Counted from the first letter of the stretch, positions 26,330 through 38,123 are shown. The stretch: DNA of 64,000 nucleotides from Chiloscyllium plagiosum (GCF_004010195.1 NC_057719.1:74422965-74486964); one strand, 5' to 3'. Notes: generated from the sequence alone by a model not told the origin. Numbers and translations are program-made.

Positions 26330-28095
26330 ATAAGACCGTAAAACATAGGAGCAGACATCAGGCCATTCAGCCCATTTAATCTGCTCTACCATTCAATCAT
26401 GGCTGATAAGTTTCTCAACCCCATTCTCCTGTTCCTCCCTGTACCTCTACACTATCTGATCCTACCTCGTCGTTTCTTACTGTTGATGTAATTTCACTTA
26501 TTAATAGAGCAACCCCACCCCCTCTGTCCACCTGCCTACCTTTTCAATCGGATGTATATCCTTGAATATTCAGCTCCCAGTCCTGATCCCCTTGCAGCCA
26601 AGTCTCTATGATGCTCACCATGTCATACCTGGCAATTTTGATCTGTGCTACAAGCTCATTTACCTTATCCCTTACACTGCATGCATTCAAGTATAACACT
26701 TTCAGTCCTGTATTAACCATCCCTCTTTACATTGTCATTCGTTTCTCCAGTGTACAGAGGAACCTAGATTATCTGAACAAGATGGGTGGGCACTATTTTG
26801 TTTGGATAATCGATTATTCGGATAATTGACTTTACCTTAAACAAGGGAAGCCATGCTGATCTAACGCTGTGCTTTACCAGAGAATTTGTTTAAATCTATA
26901 ATTTTAATGTATTGAGCACAAGAGAACACAGATTTCACATAATGAACAAAATAAAGCAATGATAAAACGAGAAAGCTTTTTAAATGTAGCAGTAGTTAGT
27001 ATTTGGCAAGGAGTGGTGAAGACTCCTTGTAAACAAGGTCCCGAACAGCTTCTATGATCGCAAGAGCCTTTGTCAGTTTGCAGGAACTCAGTCTTGCGAT
27101 AGAAATACAGAAGTATCGCCTTGTGCATGCATTAATGTTCTTGGCATTTTTTTTCATGAACGGCCCGGTAAAGTGACGGGAATACCGTGTACTGTAAAAC
27201 ACTTACTTTTGCAAAGGGCTGTGAAACAAACCTTACCTAAAAAAAAATCCAGTCGCTGCTGCTTGTGTTTCTTTGTTTTTGCCAGTGTTTTCACATGTTC
27301 TTCAATACAGATAAATCAAACATACTTACCTCTTTGATGTTACGTTTTTGCGGGACCTTGAAATCTTCTTCAGATAATCCCGAAATTCAGATAATTGATA
27401 TTCGGATAATCAAGGTTCCTCTGTACTTTGAAGTTTGATTGCTAACCCTTTCCAGATTCTCTCCTATTTGTGTCTATGCTGGCAATTTTAAATAACCTCT
27501 CCTGAGTTCTGCACTCTTAACTCCTCTTTTAATTTGGGATTTCTAATTTTGCCTATAACTGACACCCCCATCTATTTAGTTTATAGCCCTGTCTACAGCT
27601 GAGATTGTGAGATTCGCTACGGCTCTGCTCCCAGCACAGTTCAGATGAAGACTATCCCATCGGAACAGGTTCCTTCTGCCCCAGTGCTGGTACCAATGTC
27701 CCATGAATTTGAACTCCTTTCTCCCACACCAATCTTTGAGCCATGTATTTACCTGCTTAATCTTACTGACCCTGTGTCAATTAGCTCAGGTGCTAATACA
27801 GAGATTACCACCTTTTTGGTTCTGCCTTTTAATTTAGCTCCTAGCTGTTCATACTCCCTTAGCAGAGCCTCTGCCCTAGTTTTCTTTATGTCATTGGTAC
27901 CTGAGTGGGCCACAACCGTTGGATCTTGACCCTCCCATTCCACGTTCCTCTGCAGTCCAGATGAGATAACCGGAACCTGAGCACCAGGCAGGCAAAACGG
28001 CCTTTGGGATTCTTGATCCTGTTCACAGAGAACAGTGCCTAAGTCCCTAACTATACTTCCCCAATTATAGCAACATTTCTCTTCTGTCCCCCGGA
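26330..28095 (-). mobile_element. CR1 LINE 5' region (ORF1 SGNH-esterase-like part and APE endonuclease start), split by a DNA transposon
   Basis: VVAHSGTNDIKKTRAEALLREYEQLGAKLK (27749-28192 ORF) and LYLNACSVRDKVNEL...ETWLQG near 26590-26697. Confidence 0.85.
26755..27423. mobile_element. Non-autonomous Tigger/pogo-like (Tc1/mariner) DNA transposon, 669 bp
   Basis: TA|cagaggaacctagattatctgaa ... ttcggataatcaaggttcctctg|TA; subterminal ggataat repeats. Confidence 0.88.
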
Positions 28096-28096
28096 T

Positions 28097-28208
28097 GAAA
28101 CCACGCAGACACAGGGAGAATGTGCAAACACCACACAGACACTCGCCCAGGGCTGGAATTGAGCCCACATCCCAGGTGCTGCAAGGCAGCACTGCTAACC
28201 ACTGTGCG
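28097..28208 (-). mobile_element. HE1-type SINE 5' fragment
   Basis: tRNA head and V-core on the minus strand. Confidence 0.8.
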
Positions 28209-29907
28209 CCCCCCCCCCCCCCAAACTTAAGGATGTTATTTTAATAAGAGCATGGAACTAAATCTCTGTAATCAGATCAAATTAATCCTTGAGTCAAATT
28301 TTCCTAATTTTCTTTACCATTTATCCATCTTCTTAAAAAAAATTAGCCTGGAAATTTAATGATCTGTTAGGCGCTTGAAAGGAAGGTGCATAAGGGGGTT
28401 TACCTTTTCTCACAAATGGTATGAATTCTACATTCATGCAGTTCGACAAAATGAAATCAAAATGGTACCTTCTTGGATTGTAAACGAATAGCAGCACAAA
28501 ATGGAAGGATGTAGATTTACTTTTTCTTCTTACCTTCTCGGCATCTGTATTTATAGTCATGTTACTCTGGGAAAGTGACTCACTTGTCAGAGAAGTGGGT
28601 AAAGAAGACTAAGCAAAAGAGTGTTGTGATAATTTGCAGGAAAACAACAGCAGTTGTATCCTTTATGGGAGGAAAGGGTGGGTGGTGTACATAAATTTTG
28701 CTTTACATGAATAAAGAAAACATTCAAAATTGCTATTATTTGGTTCTTGCAATTTATGTTTTTCACCCCATAAAACAATCTTTTGCATTCTTTCTGGATG
28801 ACATTACTAATTTATAGCAAATTCTGATAGACTTCTGGTGTGAGTCTGTGCCTGTTGGAAACAGCCCAGGCTTGTTTTATGCAGAAATTGGTGGAGATTG
28901 ACATCTTGAGTTTGTGAGCTTAAATTGACACTTGGAGCTAAAATTAGAGCATGAATCTAATGGGCCTCCATCCATCACAACAGTAGCAGCTTAAAGATAA
29001 AATGGAAGATCTTGTTGCATCCTTGTTATGACATTCTTCAATGAGGTCCTTATTTACGTGTACCAAACAGCTGCTTAAAGAAGGAGTCCAGCTGCGTACA
29101 ATATTTTATGATAAAACAGGCATTCCCTGTGGCATTCTTGGGTAGAACTGCGAGGATCTTGCATTGTGGAGCATTAGCATAGGTTGGACTTTACTTCTGG
29201 GGAGGCAGAAAGAGCAACAGTGTCCCTCCCTAATTTTGCAGGACTGGCCTGGGTTGCTGCTCTGCCAGGTGCCCTGCCACAGAGGATCCAACTCCTTTAA
29301 CTTCAGAGTCCCACAGCCAGGACATTAAGACTTTAGCCATATCTCATCTTTCAGATGGTCTGGGCCTCTTACTGGAGAGCTAAGCTGCCAGTCTACACTT
29401 TGCTAGGAGCCATTAAAACATGTTCTTGTGGTGGATGTGCATGGCATTGTATGCGGTGGCTCCCTTGCATATTATTTAAGAACTTAAGGTTTTTTTTTAA
29501 CACTGCAACTGCAGCAAGAACGTTACCATGGCACTTTGTTTTTGGAATGTCAAGAGATCATGGTGGGAGATGATGGTTAGCATTTGGGAAACTTGTCAGC
29601 AAGAAGAATGATTAAAATTTAATTGTAGATTTGAGTATGGCCTTCAAGTAATGAATTAAACCTTTTGAGCACTTTGATAAACCCAATTTTCTTTCTTCAT
29701 CGGGTTATTGAAAGCAGTAGTACACCTTCAGCAATTTTGACAAAAGCGAGTGATAATTGGGAGACAAAATTATCTTGGTTTACTTATGCGACTATGTGAC
29801 TGACTATGCACTGGAATCTAATGTGTATTTGTCAAAAATACTGGCAACATTTAGAAGTGTTTAAAGTCAAGCTGATGTGTAACTATACTTCTGTAAATTG
29901 TTTGCAG

Positions 29908-30035
29908 GAGGCCCTGCCAGAATTGTGAATGGTGCGTTTATGGTGCTGAAGGGCCATCGTTCCATCGTCAATCAAGTGCGCTTTAACTCTCATTCATACA
30001 TGATCTGTTCATCAGGTGTGGAAAAGATTATCAAG
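29908..30035 (+). CDS. DCAF5: DCAF5 penultimate coding exon (128 nt, last WD40 repeat), (G)GPARIVNGAFMVLKGHRSIVNQVRFNSHSYMICSSGVEKIIK
   Basis: Acceptor ttgtttgcag and donor gtatgt; phase 1 in matches the previous exon, phase 0 out; WD40 GH motif LKGHRSIVNQVRF typical of DCAF5. Confidence 0.96.
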
Positions 30036-30654
30036 GTATGTTGTACAATGAATCAGAGTTTGCTGTTGATCAAATTAGACTTCAGCTACTTGGCCATTTA
30101 TATAAACTGAGATTACATTATTTGAAGATTTCCTTAACAAAACTACCATTTTAATATAGCAGGTAATGTAGACAGTAAACTTTTTAATACGGGAACCTGG
30201 CTCATTCTGGATAACTATATTTTTTGTTTTACATGCCTGGATTAAACTGTTCTGAGTTCTAGATTTATCTGTATGTATATCATGATACAATGTTTATTCC
30301 TGCATTAATTTGTTTTAATCTTTGTGTAGTTTTACACGTGAGCATGCTGTCTAACCACATAGTTATTTTGACTGTTTGTGGGGTCTCCACTTAGTGATTT
30401 TCGACTTGAATATTCAGTTTTAAATGAAATTGTGTTGAAATTCCCTATTACTGAAATTGCCTTTGAAATCAACTAATTGATCTTTTCCTATACTTCAGAG
30501 TAGTTGATAGGAAAGATTAATTGCAGGAAAACTGCCCCCTCAGCATGTTCCTGATTGCCTTTGGAATTGTGTATATTAGCATCTTCTTTGGGCTCCCTGT
30601 GATAATTCTCAGGGCTACAAAAAGTCCCATTTCTGATCCTCTGCATTGGAAGAG

Positions 30655-30868
30655 CAGTTTGGAGGTGAACACACCAGATGGCCACCTTCTTTCGAGGCCG
30701 CAATTTCCTTTCCCACATGGTTAAAGATGCTCTCCAATGCATCTCGTTCACATCCCGCCCCTCCGCCCTCAAACTCCACCCCTCCCCCCCCCCCCCCGGT
30801 GCTCACCTTCCACCCTACCAACCTTCGCATAAATCAAATCAACTGCTGACACTTCCGCCTACCACAGC
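30655..30868 (+). mobile_element. PLE ORF fragment (region C-terminal to the RT core), frameshifted at a poly-C run
   Basis: Frames read MATFFRGRNFLSHMVKDALQCIS... and ...PVLTFHPTNLRINQI, a pattern I recognise from vertebrate Penelope ORFs. Confidence 0.7.
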
Positions 30869-31284
30869 TGATTGACACAGGAACTTGGGAGCCATATTTG
30901 AATCTCTGCATTCTATTTGTTTTTAATAAGTGTTTACAGCCTTGCAATGTGGCTCTTGAGCACCTAGGTTTTGGCATATGAGCTGTTTTAGTTCCAGAAT
31001 GTGAGGTGGTGAATATTAGCTTGCTCTCAGGAAGCTCTACTGGAGTTTGCACAAAAAGAAGGTAGTGACAACAGCATTTAATACCAGTGCTGCTGATTTT
31101 GGTTGGCATCTTGTCCTGTCCTCAATAATGGGTTTGTTGGCAAAAAGATCATTTATTTTGGTAGGAGCACTGTCACTTTCCTCCTTCCATGTTGATTTAG
31201 GTCCCTGCCTGGGAAGGCTTGTAGATGACTTCCTTGCTCTCTTCTAATTGAGGCTGTTTTGTGGCTGACTGTACGTAAGTGAAT

Positions 31285-33220
31285 AGTGGTGATGGCCTTC
31301 TATTATCGCTAGACTATTAATCCAGAAACTCAAGTAGTGTTCTGGGGACCTGGCGTACATGCGACTCCAGATACGCACAAATGTGGTTGACTCTTAACCA
31401 CCCTGTGAAGTGGCCAAGCTAGCCACTTACTCAGTTGCTTCAGTCACTTTCTTACAAAAGAAGTGTAACCAGATGGGCCACCTGGCATTGACTTTGGCAC
31501 CGGAAACAACAGTCAAAGCAGCTCTGTCAGCCCTGTACAGTGCTATGTACTAACATTATGGGGCGGGTGCTAAAATTGGGAGAGCTGTCTCACAGTCTAG
31601 TCAAGCAGCAACCTGACATAATCATACTCAGGGAATCATACCTCACAGACAATATCCTAGATACCACCATTCCTGGATATGTCTTGTCCCACTGGCAGGA
31701 CAGACCCAACAGAGGTGGCAGCACAGTGCGATACAGACGGGAGGGAGTTACCCTGGGAGTCATCAACATTGACTCTGGGCCCCATGAAGTCTCATGGCAT
31801 CAGGTTAAACATGGGCAAGGAAACTTCCTGCTGATCACCATGCACAGTCTTCTCTCAGCTGACGACTCTGTGCTCCTCTATGTTGCACAACACTTGGAGG
31901 AAGCACTAAGGATGGAGAGGGCATGGAATTTATGGTAGATGGGGGATTTGAGTGACCATAAGCAAGAGTGGTTCAGCAGAAGGACTACTGATTGAGCTGA
32001 TTATATAATAAAGGACATAGCTGTTAAACTGGGTCTGCAGCAGTTGGTAAGGGAGCCAACAAGAGGAAAAACATACTTGACCTTCTCCTTACCAATCTGC
32101 TTGCCATAGCTGTATCTGTCCATGACACTTCGTAAGAATGACCTTGTGAAGTCCCACCTTCACATTGATAGTGCCACACACCACAATGTAAGGTATTATC
32201 ACCATACTAAATGAGGTAGACTTCAAATAGATCTAGCTACTCAAGACTGGGCATCCATGAGACACTGCGGGCCATCAGCAGCAGAATTGTACTCCAGTAC
32301 AACCTGCAACCTCATGGCCTGCATATCCCCCACTCAACCATTACCATCAAGCCAGGGGATCAACCCTGGTTCAATGAAAAGTACAGGAGGGCATATCAGG
32401 AACAGCACCAGGCAAAATCTGAAAATGAGGTGTCAGCCTGGTGAAGCTACTAAACAGAGTTACTTGCATGCCAAACAGTATAAACAGCAAGTGCTCAACA
32501 GGGCTAAGCAATTCCACAGCCAATCAGTCTGACCTAAGCTTTGCAGACCTGCCACATGCAGTCATGAATAATGGTGGACAATTAAACAACTCACTGGAGG
32601 AGGAGGAGACTCGACACATCCTCATCCTCTATAGAAGAACTCAGCAAATCAATGCAAAAGACCAGGCTGAGGCATTCGCGGTAATCTTCAGCCATAGGTG
32701 CCAAGTGATGATCGATCTTGGCCTCCTTAAGTGGTCCCCAACATTACAGATACCAGTCTTCAGGCAGTTTGAACATCAAGAAATGGTTGGAGGCACTGGA
32801 TACTGCAATGGCCATGGGCCCTGATAATATTCTGGCAATAGTACTTGAAGACCTATGCTCCAGGACTTGCCACTTTCTTAGCTAAGCTGTTTCAGTACAG
32901 CTGCATCTCTGGTATCTACCCAAAAATGTGGAAAATTGTCCTGGTTTGTCCTATGCACAAAAAACAAGACAAATCTACCCGAGCCAATTACCTCCCCATC
33001 AGTCTACTATCAAATATAAGTAATGGAAGGAGTCATCAACAGTGCTGTCAGCAATAACCTGCTCACTGGCACCCTGCTTGAGTTCTGCCAGGGCTACTCA
33101 GCTCCTGACCTCATTAGAACCTTTGTTCAAACATGGACAGAAGAGCTGAATTCCAGAGGTGAGGTGAGTGTGACAAACCTTGATAGCAAGGCTGCATTTG
33201 ACCAAGTATGGCATTTTTGA
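31285..33220 (+). mobile_element. 3'-truncated non-LTR retrotransposon (APE endonuclease plus start of RT), second LINE family; the 3' half of the same family is at ~48660-50097
   Basis: KLGELSHSLVKQQPDIIILRESYL (APE), NYLPISLLS and LDSKAAFDQVWH (RT); multiple stops and frameshifts. Confidence 0.88.
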
Positions 33221-33221
33221 A

Positions 33222-33561
33222 AAATTCATTCGCAGGATGAGGGTGTCACTGCTAAGGCAGCATTTATTGCCCATCCTTAATTACCCAGACGGCAGTTAAG
33301 AATCAACCATATTGTTGTGGGTCTGGAGTCACACGTAGGCAAGAGCTGTTAAGGATGGTAGTTTCCTTCTCTAAAGGACATTAGTGAACCAGATGGGGTT
33401 TTTTTCTAACAATCGACAATGGATTCATGGTCATCATTAGACTCTCCATTTGAGAACTTATTGATTTCACATTCCATCATCTGCCATAGTAGGATTTGAA
33501 CCCGGGTCCGTAAATCATTGAGTAATAGTCTAGTGATAATACCACTAGGCCATCCACCTCC
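33222..33561 (-). mobile_element. Second tRNA-headed SINE family; copies at ~13150-13504 (-), ~18665-18942 (-), ~60335-60635 (+)
   Basis: Minus head gatggcctagtggtattatc...cccgggttcaaatcc (A/B boxes); body repeated four times in the window. Confidence 0.8.
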
Positions 33562-34839
33562 TAAGCTAAGATCAAAGATTGACACTTGTCAAGGGGATTC
33601 GTTTTATTGTGGGTCCAGAACAAACCAAAGGAACTAAACATTTTTGAGTCATGCTAGCTTGTTTCTCCAGGACAAAAGTATTAATTAAAGGATAGTAATT
33701 AGTGTGCCATATAGCTCAGGCACCAGAACATTTACTGAGTGTCATAGTGGCATTGTACAAACATTCTACTGCAGGAATGCTCTGTGACTTGTGGAATCCA
33801 CTTAAACTTGACTTCCTTTCCAAGGTCTTTCATCACTGATCACTCATGAACCTTAAAAGATTGACTGGCTGTGCTGAGAGAACATGAAGGACCATAAATG
33901 CAATTTCTTTCTCATCACATTGGGTCCCCAAAAGTTCCTTGCCAAGCCAGATTTTGTCTGTAGGTGGAATAGAAGAAATATGGACTGGTGACTGATGACT
34001 GCTTCACAAATTAAAGATGTGATTTTTGTTTGTATGTGGATTAAATGTCTCTGTAGTCAAAATGTTCTTGAATTTGGAATGTGCACCTTTTGGACTAGTG
34101 CTTCACTGTGGAATTATGTCAATTATATCCAACCTGCGATCGCTTCTGCAATATTGCAATACAGATATTGAGGACCTGAAATGACACATACCAAAATACT
34201 CCAATCTCTGGAGTAAAGATGTTTGACACTTTAGTGAAAATAAAATTGCTTTGACTTTCTTTCTCCCACAAATTTGTGATGAACTCACAGGAAAACTAAT
34301 TTACAATTTTAGATTCCACAGCAGGGAAGTGATTCTAGATCTATATAAATCTTTGGGTAGATCACATATATCACATCATGTTCAGTTCTGGGCACCTTAT
34401 TTAAGAAAGGATGTTAAATCCCTGGAGACAGTTCAAAGGAGATTTATTAGAATGATACCAGGAATGAGGATTTTAGATACAAAGAAAGATTAGAGTGATT
34501 GGGTTTATTCTCTTTAGGGCAGAAAAGATTGAGAGGTGAGCTTATTGAGGTGTTCAAAATTGTGAAGAATTTTGACAAGGTGAAGAAGGGTATTCAGTTT
34601 CCACTAGTTGGTATGTCAGTAACTAAGGGTCATGATTTCAAGACTGTCAGCACGAGAGCTAGGAGTGAGGAGAGGTGAAGCTTTGTTACTCAGAGCGTAG
34701 TTAGGGTTTGGAATGAGTTGCCTGGGAGAGTGGTGGAGGCTTCACATGAGAGCTGGATATATGTTTGTTTTTGAAATGATCGTCTGCCTTCTCTACAGGT
34801 GCAGCTCTCACCAGCCTGTTGCTTTTGGTTGCATTGGTT

Positions 34840-35218
34840 AACTGCTGTTAACCATGGCTCAGCCAGGAGTACACTCACTTCGACATCAGGAGTTCGTAGA
34901 TTATAAGAAACCTAAAAGCGAAATACTGTGGAAGTGCTGTTCTGTCAGTGGTGTTGCTTTTGGATGCTAGCCAATTTCTCTTTTGGATTCATGTAAAATT
35001 ATCTTGGGGTGTTTTAAGAGAAGAGCAAGAGTGTTACCCCCTATTTCCTGGCCAGTTTTTGCCCTCAATCAACATCATAAAAGATTTGGTCATTATCAAA
35101 TGGTTACTTGTACGAGTTGGCGGTGCACAAATTGATCAGACTATTTCTCACATTACAGCATTAATTACATTTTAAAAATACTTGGTTGGCCATAAGGTGC
35201 CCTGAGATTGTGGAAGAT
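34840..35218 (+). mobile_element. Old DeuSINE (SacSINE1-like); further copies ~23915-24160, ~42125-42500, ~63545-63930
   Basis: Shared blocks such as cctggcca...ccctcaatcaacatca...tggtcattatc...gtgcacaaatt...acattaca match the recalled SacSINE1 consensus and each other. Confidence 0.65.
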
Positions 35219-35226
35219 ATATCAAA

Positions 35227-35383
35227 GGTGATTATTTGTCAGCTTTATCCTTCCTAGAAAGAAGCAGCACTGAGTTAGATAACAGGGGGTGAGCATCTCC
35301 TCATTCAGACAGCGAGGCTGAGGTCAGAAAGGTTTATAAAGCCTACAGCAAAATCCAGAATATCTTCAGATCACAGTTGAAAA
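35227..35383 (+). pseudogene. Decayed 157-bp direct copy of DCAF5 terminal-exon segment 37020-37176, inside the last intron
   Basis: Ungapped hand alignment gives about 19 mismatches in 157 bp (~88%), including an in-frame AGA>TGA. Confidence 0.92.
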
Positions 35384-36269
35384 TCATTTCATTTTATATG
35401 CTTATTACTTTCGGCATCTGAAAAGCAGAAGGATAAATATTTATGACTTCTGGGTCTCATATTCCAATCACAACATCCTCCTGTCATCTGGCCCTGCGTG
35501 CCTGCCGGTGAGTGTCCAGTGTCTTTTGGGACATGGCCTGTCAAGCAGTGATAACTCACCATGTTGCCACTGCAATATCTTCTGAATCCACTCTCAAATT
35601 TCTCTTGACTGTATGAATTTCTCATCTCGGTACAATTATCTATGTTATGTTTTACCTTTTATACTGATATACTCGGTGCCTTTCTCGACAGCACGGTCAT
35701 GTTGATGGAAATCTTCATCTGTCTCTACTTGCTGATGGAATTCTCCATCTTTATAGCCACCCTTTAAAAAATAAATAGCTATAAATCCATATTTTGGATC
35801 AACCAAACCTTCTTACCTATCCCTTTTGTTCCCTAATTTATATTGTTTCTCAAAGCAGCTTCTTTTCATTTGAAGGTCCTCGATTAAATAATTAAGTGAT
35901 GGTATAGGTATTGGTGAAATTCTCTCGCAAGATTGCGATAAAACTGATCACTATAAAAAGATTCTCAGTTTGATTTAAATCAGCTATTTGATCACAGAGT
36001 AAATGCTTATGCATTGTTACTGTTGTGGCCTGTAGTATTGTGATTTAAGTGCAAAGCTCTCTCTTACAATTGAGGCTAAAGTTTGTCTACCTTCAATGAA
36101 TTTCCATAAGGATATGCGAGAGCTGTAAATTTTAATAGTGCATAATATTATAAAATCTGAAAATAATCGTCTATTTATGTTTTATGTAAATCCTGTTTTC
36201 TTAAAAAAACATTGTTCCGGAAGAGTTGCTCTTAGGGTAAACACAATGTTCTGTGCTTTCTAAATACAG

Positions 36270-38123
36270 GTGTGGAGTCCATACCTCCAACCAGATTGTG
36301 CTGGAGACTTAGAAGGAGTAGTGGAAGATGACACCCGCAATCTTTACACGCATGAAGAGTACATCAGCCTTGTCTTAAACAGTGGGAGTGGTCTGTCTCA
36401 TGACTACGCTAACCAGTCTGTTCAGGAAGATCCAAGGATGATGGCTTTTTTTGACTCTCTTGTACGGCGTGAGATTGAGGGTTGGAGTTCTGACTCGGAC
36501 AGTGACCTGAACGAGAGTACAATTCTTCAGCTGCGTGCAGGGACGAGTGAGCGTTCAGGATACAGCGATACAGAATCGTCTGCTTCGTTGCCACTGTCAC
36601 CCCAGCAGGGGGATGACTCGGATGAGGCAACCTACACCCTGGACCGACAGAAACTGCTGAATACATCCGCAGTCAGGGAAGACCTGCGGTCACGTCGGCA
36701 GAGATTGTCCGCCCTCCGGCGCTACCAAGACGAGCGGCTTCGAACTCTCTCAAATGACTCTGATTCCTCAGAGAACAACTACCAACAGGTAAATACAGAT
36801 TCTGATGCCGATCCCGTGAAGAGGCCTCGGTCACCGAGCCCAGAGGCAAATGATTCCAGTAGTTCCAGCAGTAATGGTAGGCGCCGTGCATCTATGCGGC
36901 AGAGGAACGCCGCGAGAGCCAAACAGAAGCTCCGTCGGGAGAAAAGGAGTACTTCACTGCTCAAAAAGTTAAAGCAATGTAGTGCTGAGACTCGTCGTAA
37001 CTATTCCCAAGTACGTGATGGTGATAATTCGTCAGCTTCGTCCTCCCCAGAAAGAAGCAGCACTGAGTTTGACAACAGGGGAAGAGTATCTCCTTACTCA
37101 GACAGCGAATCTGAGGTCAGAAAGGTTTATAAAGCCTACAGCAAAATCCAGAACACTTTCAAATCACAGTTGAAAACAAAGGGAGACACCACGGCGTTTT
37201 TGTCACTGGCAGATATGCCAAACACAAGTGAGAGAGGCAGTTCAATAAATACTTCAACACAAGAAAATGATTCTGCAAGGAAAGGTCCAGTAGTACCTCA
37301 CAGACTTAGAGAGGAAAGTTGTTTTGACGAACACAATGGTGAAAGCACCAGCTCAGCAGAGAATAGAAAAGTACAGGCAAAGAGCAAGCATTCACTTTCA
37401 CTTGGTCATGAATGCAGTACTGTAACACCTGTAAAGGAAATTACACCTGGAGAACAGGTTTATGTTGTTGAAGATGCCCCCAGTAGTTGTGCTGAGCATT
37501 GTTATGAGGCAAAAAAGGTTAATGGCAAATCGGTCTGTGTTGGAAGCAACAGTAACCTAACTAACCAGTGTCAAGCATTTGGCAGCCAGGCACAAGAGCT
37601 ATGTGGTCACGCACAGGTGTTGGAATGTGTGAATGCACAAACTACACAGCAGATAAGCAGAGAAGAATCTGGTCAGGAATTTAAGTCCACATTCTCTCCA
37701 GAAATCTATTTAGTTGGAGCAAGAAGTAATTCTGACCACACTGATAAATCCAAAACCAGGACTTGTGATGTGGAAGACAGGTGTTCAGAGACTTCCTGCA
37801 ATAACGGCCTTTTTGAAAGGCAGTGTGCAGGCCACTGTGAACAAACGTGCTCAGAGCAAATGGATTCCGCAGTGGCCTCCAAATCCGAAGCCGGTGGCTG
37901 TGTACAGGTGGCTTCATTACACCACAAGGAAGACTGTTCCCAATCTGGGATAAGTGAGCATTACGAGTGCGCTAAAAAAATGATAGCATTGCAGAAAATA
38001 TTTGATTGTCGCCAAGGGACCCTGTCACCAGCTGAGGCTGGCCAGCCTTCTGGAGGCTTAAAAAGGTTGCGAAAAGAGCTGGATCCGGACTACTCACCAG
38101 CTGAGAAGAAACAGAAGACATGA
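36270..38123 (+). CDS. DCAF5: DCAF5 terminal coding exon (617 codons plus TGA): conserved VWSPY...EDPRMMAFFDSLVRREIEGWSSDSD block, long Ser/acidic disordered tail, basic C-terminus LKRLRK...EKKQKT
   Basis: Acceptor tttctaaatacag, phase 0. Longest ORF in the window. The N-terminal ~100 aa closely match recalled DCAF5; the first codon GTG is Val, not a start. Confidence 0.97.
   Translation: MWSPYLQPDCAGDLEGVVEDDTRNLYTHEEYISLVLNSGSGLSHDYANQSVQEDPRMMAFFDSLVRREIEGWSSDSDSDLNESTILQLRAGTSERSGYSDTESSASLPLSPQQGDDSDEATYTLDRQKLLNTSAVREDLRSRRQRLSALRRYQDERLRTLSNDSDSSENNYQQVNTDSDADPVKRPRSPSPEANDSSSSSSNGRRRASMRQRNAARAKQKLRREKRSTSLLKKLKQCSAETRRNYSQVRDGDNSSASSSPERSSTEFDNRGRVSPYSDSESEVRKVYKAYSKIQNTFKSQLKTKGDTTAFLSLADMPNTSERGSSINTSTQENDSARKGPVVPHRLREESCFDEHNGESTSSAENRKVQAKSKHSLSLGHECSTVTPVKEITPGEQVYVVEDAPSSCAEHCYEAKKVNGKSVCVGSNSNLTNQCQAFGSQAQELCGHAQVLECVNAQTTQQISREESGQEFKSTFSPEIYLVGARSNSDHTDKSKTRTCDVEDRCSETSCNNGLFERQCAGHCEQTCSEQMDSAVASKSEAGGCVQVASLHHKEDCSQSGISEHYECAKKMIALQKIFDCRQGTLSPAEAGQPSGGLKRLRKELDPDYSPAEKKQKT

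Noticed and set aside
28900..29600. Possible extra DCAF5 exon or enhancer (acceptor-like site at 29354, RFX-like gttaccatggcac near 29522)
   Set aside because: Flanking exons already join in frame, the translation has no DCAF5 similarity, and a single motif is insufficient.
29905..29910. NAGNAG tandem acceptor (cag gag) giving a one-residue isoform
   Set aside because: GAG is a poor acceptor and there is no transcript evidence.
36270..38123. 617-aa ORF as a standalone intronless gene
   Set aside because: It starts at GTG immediately after a splice acceptor and continues the frame of the upstream DCAF5 exons.
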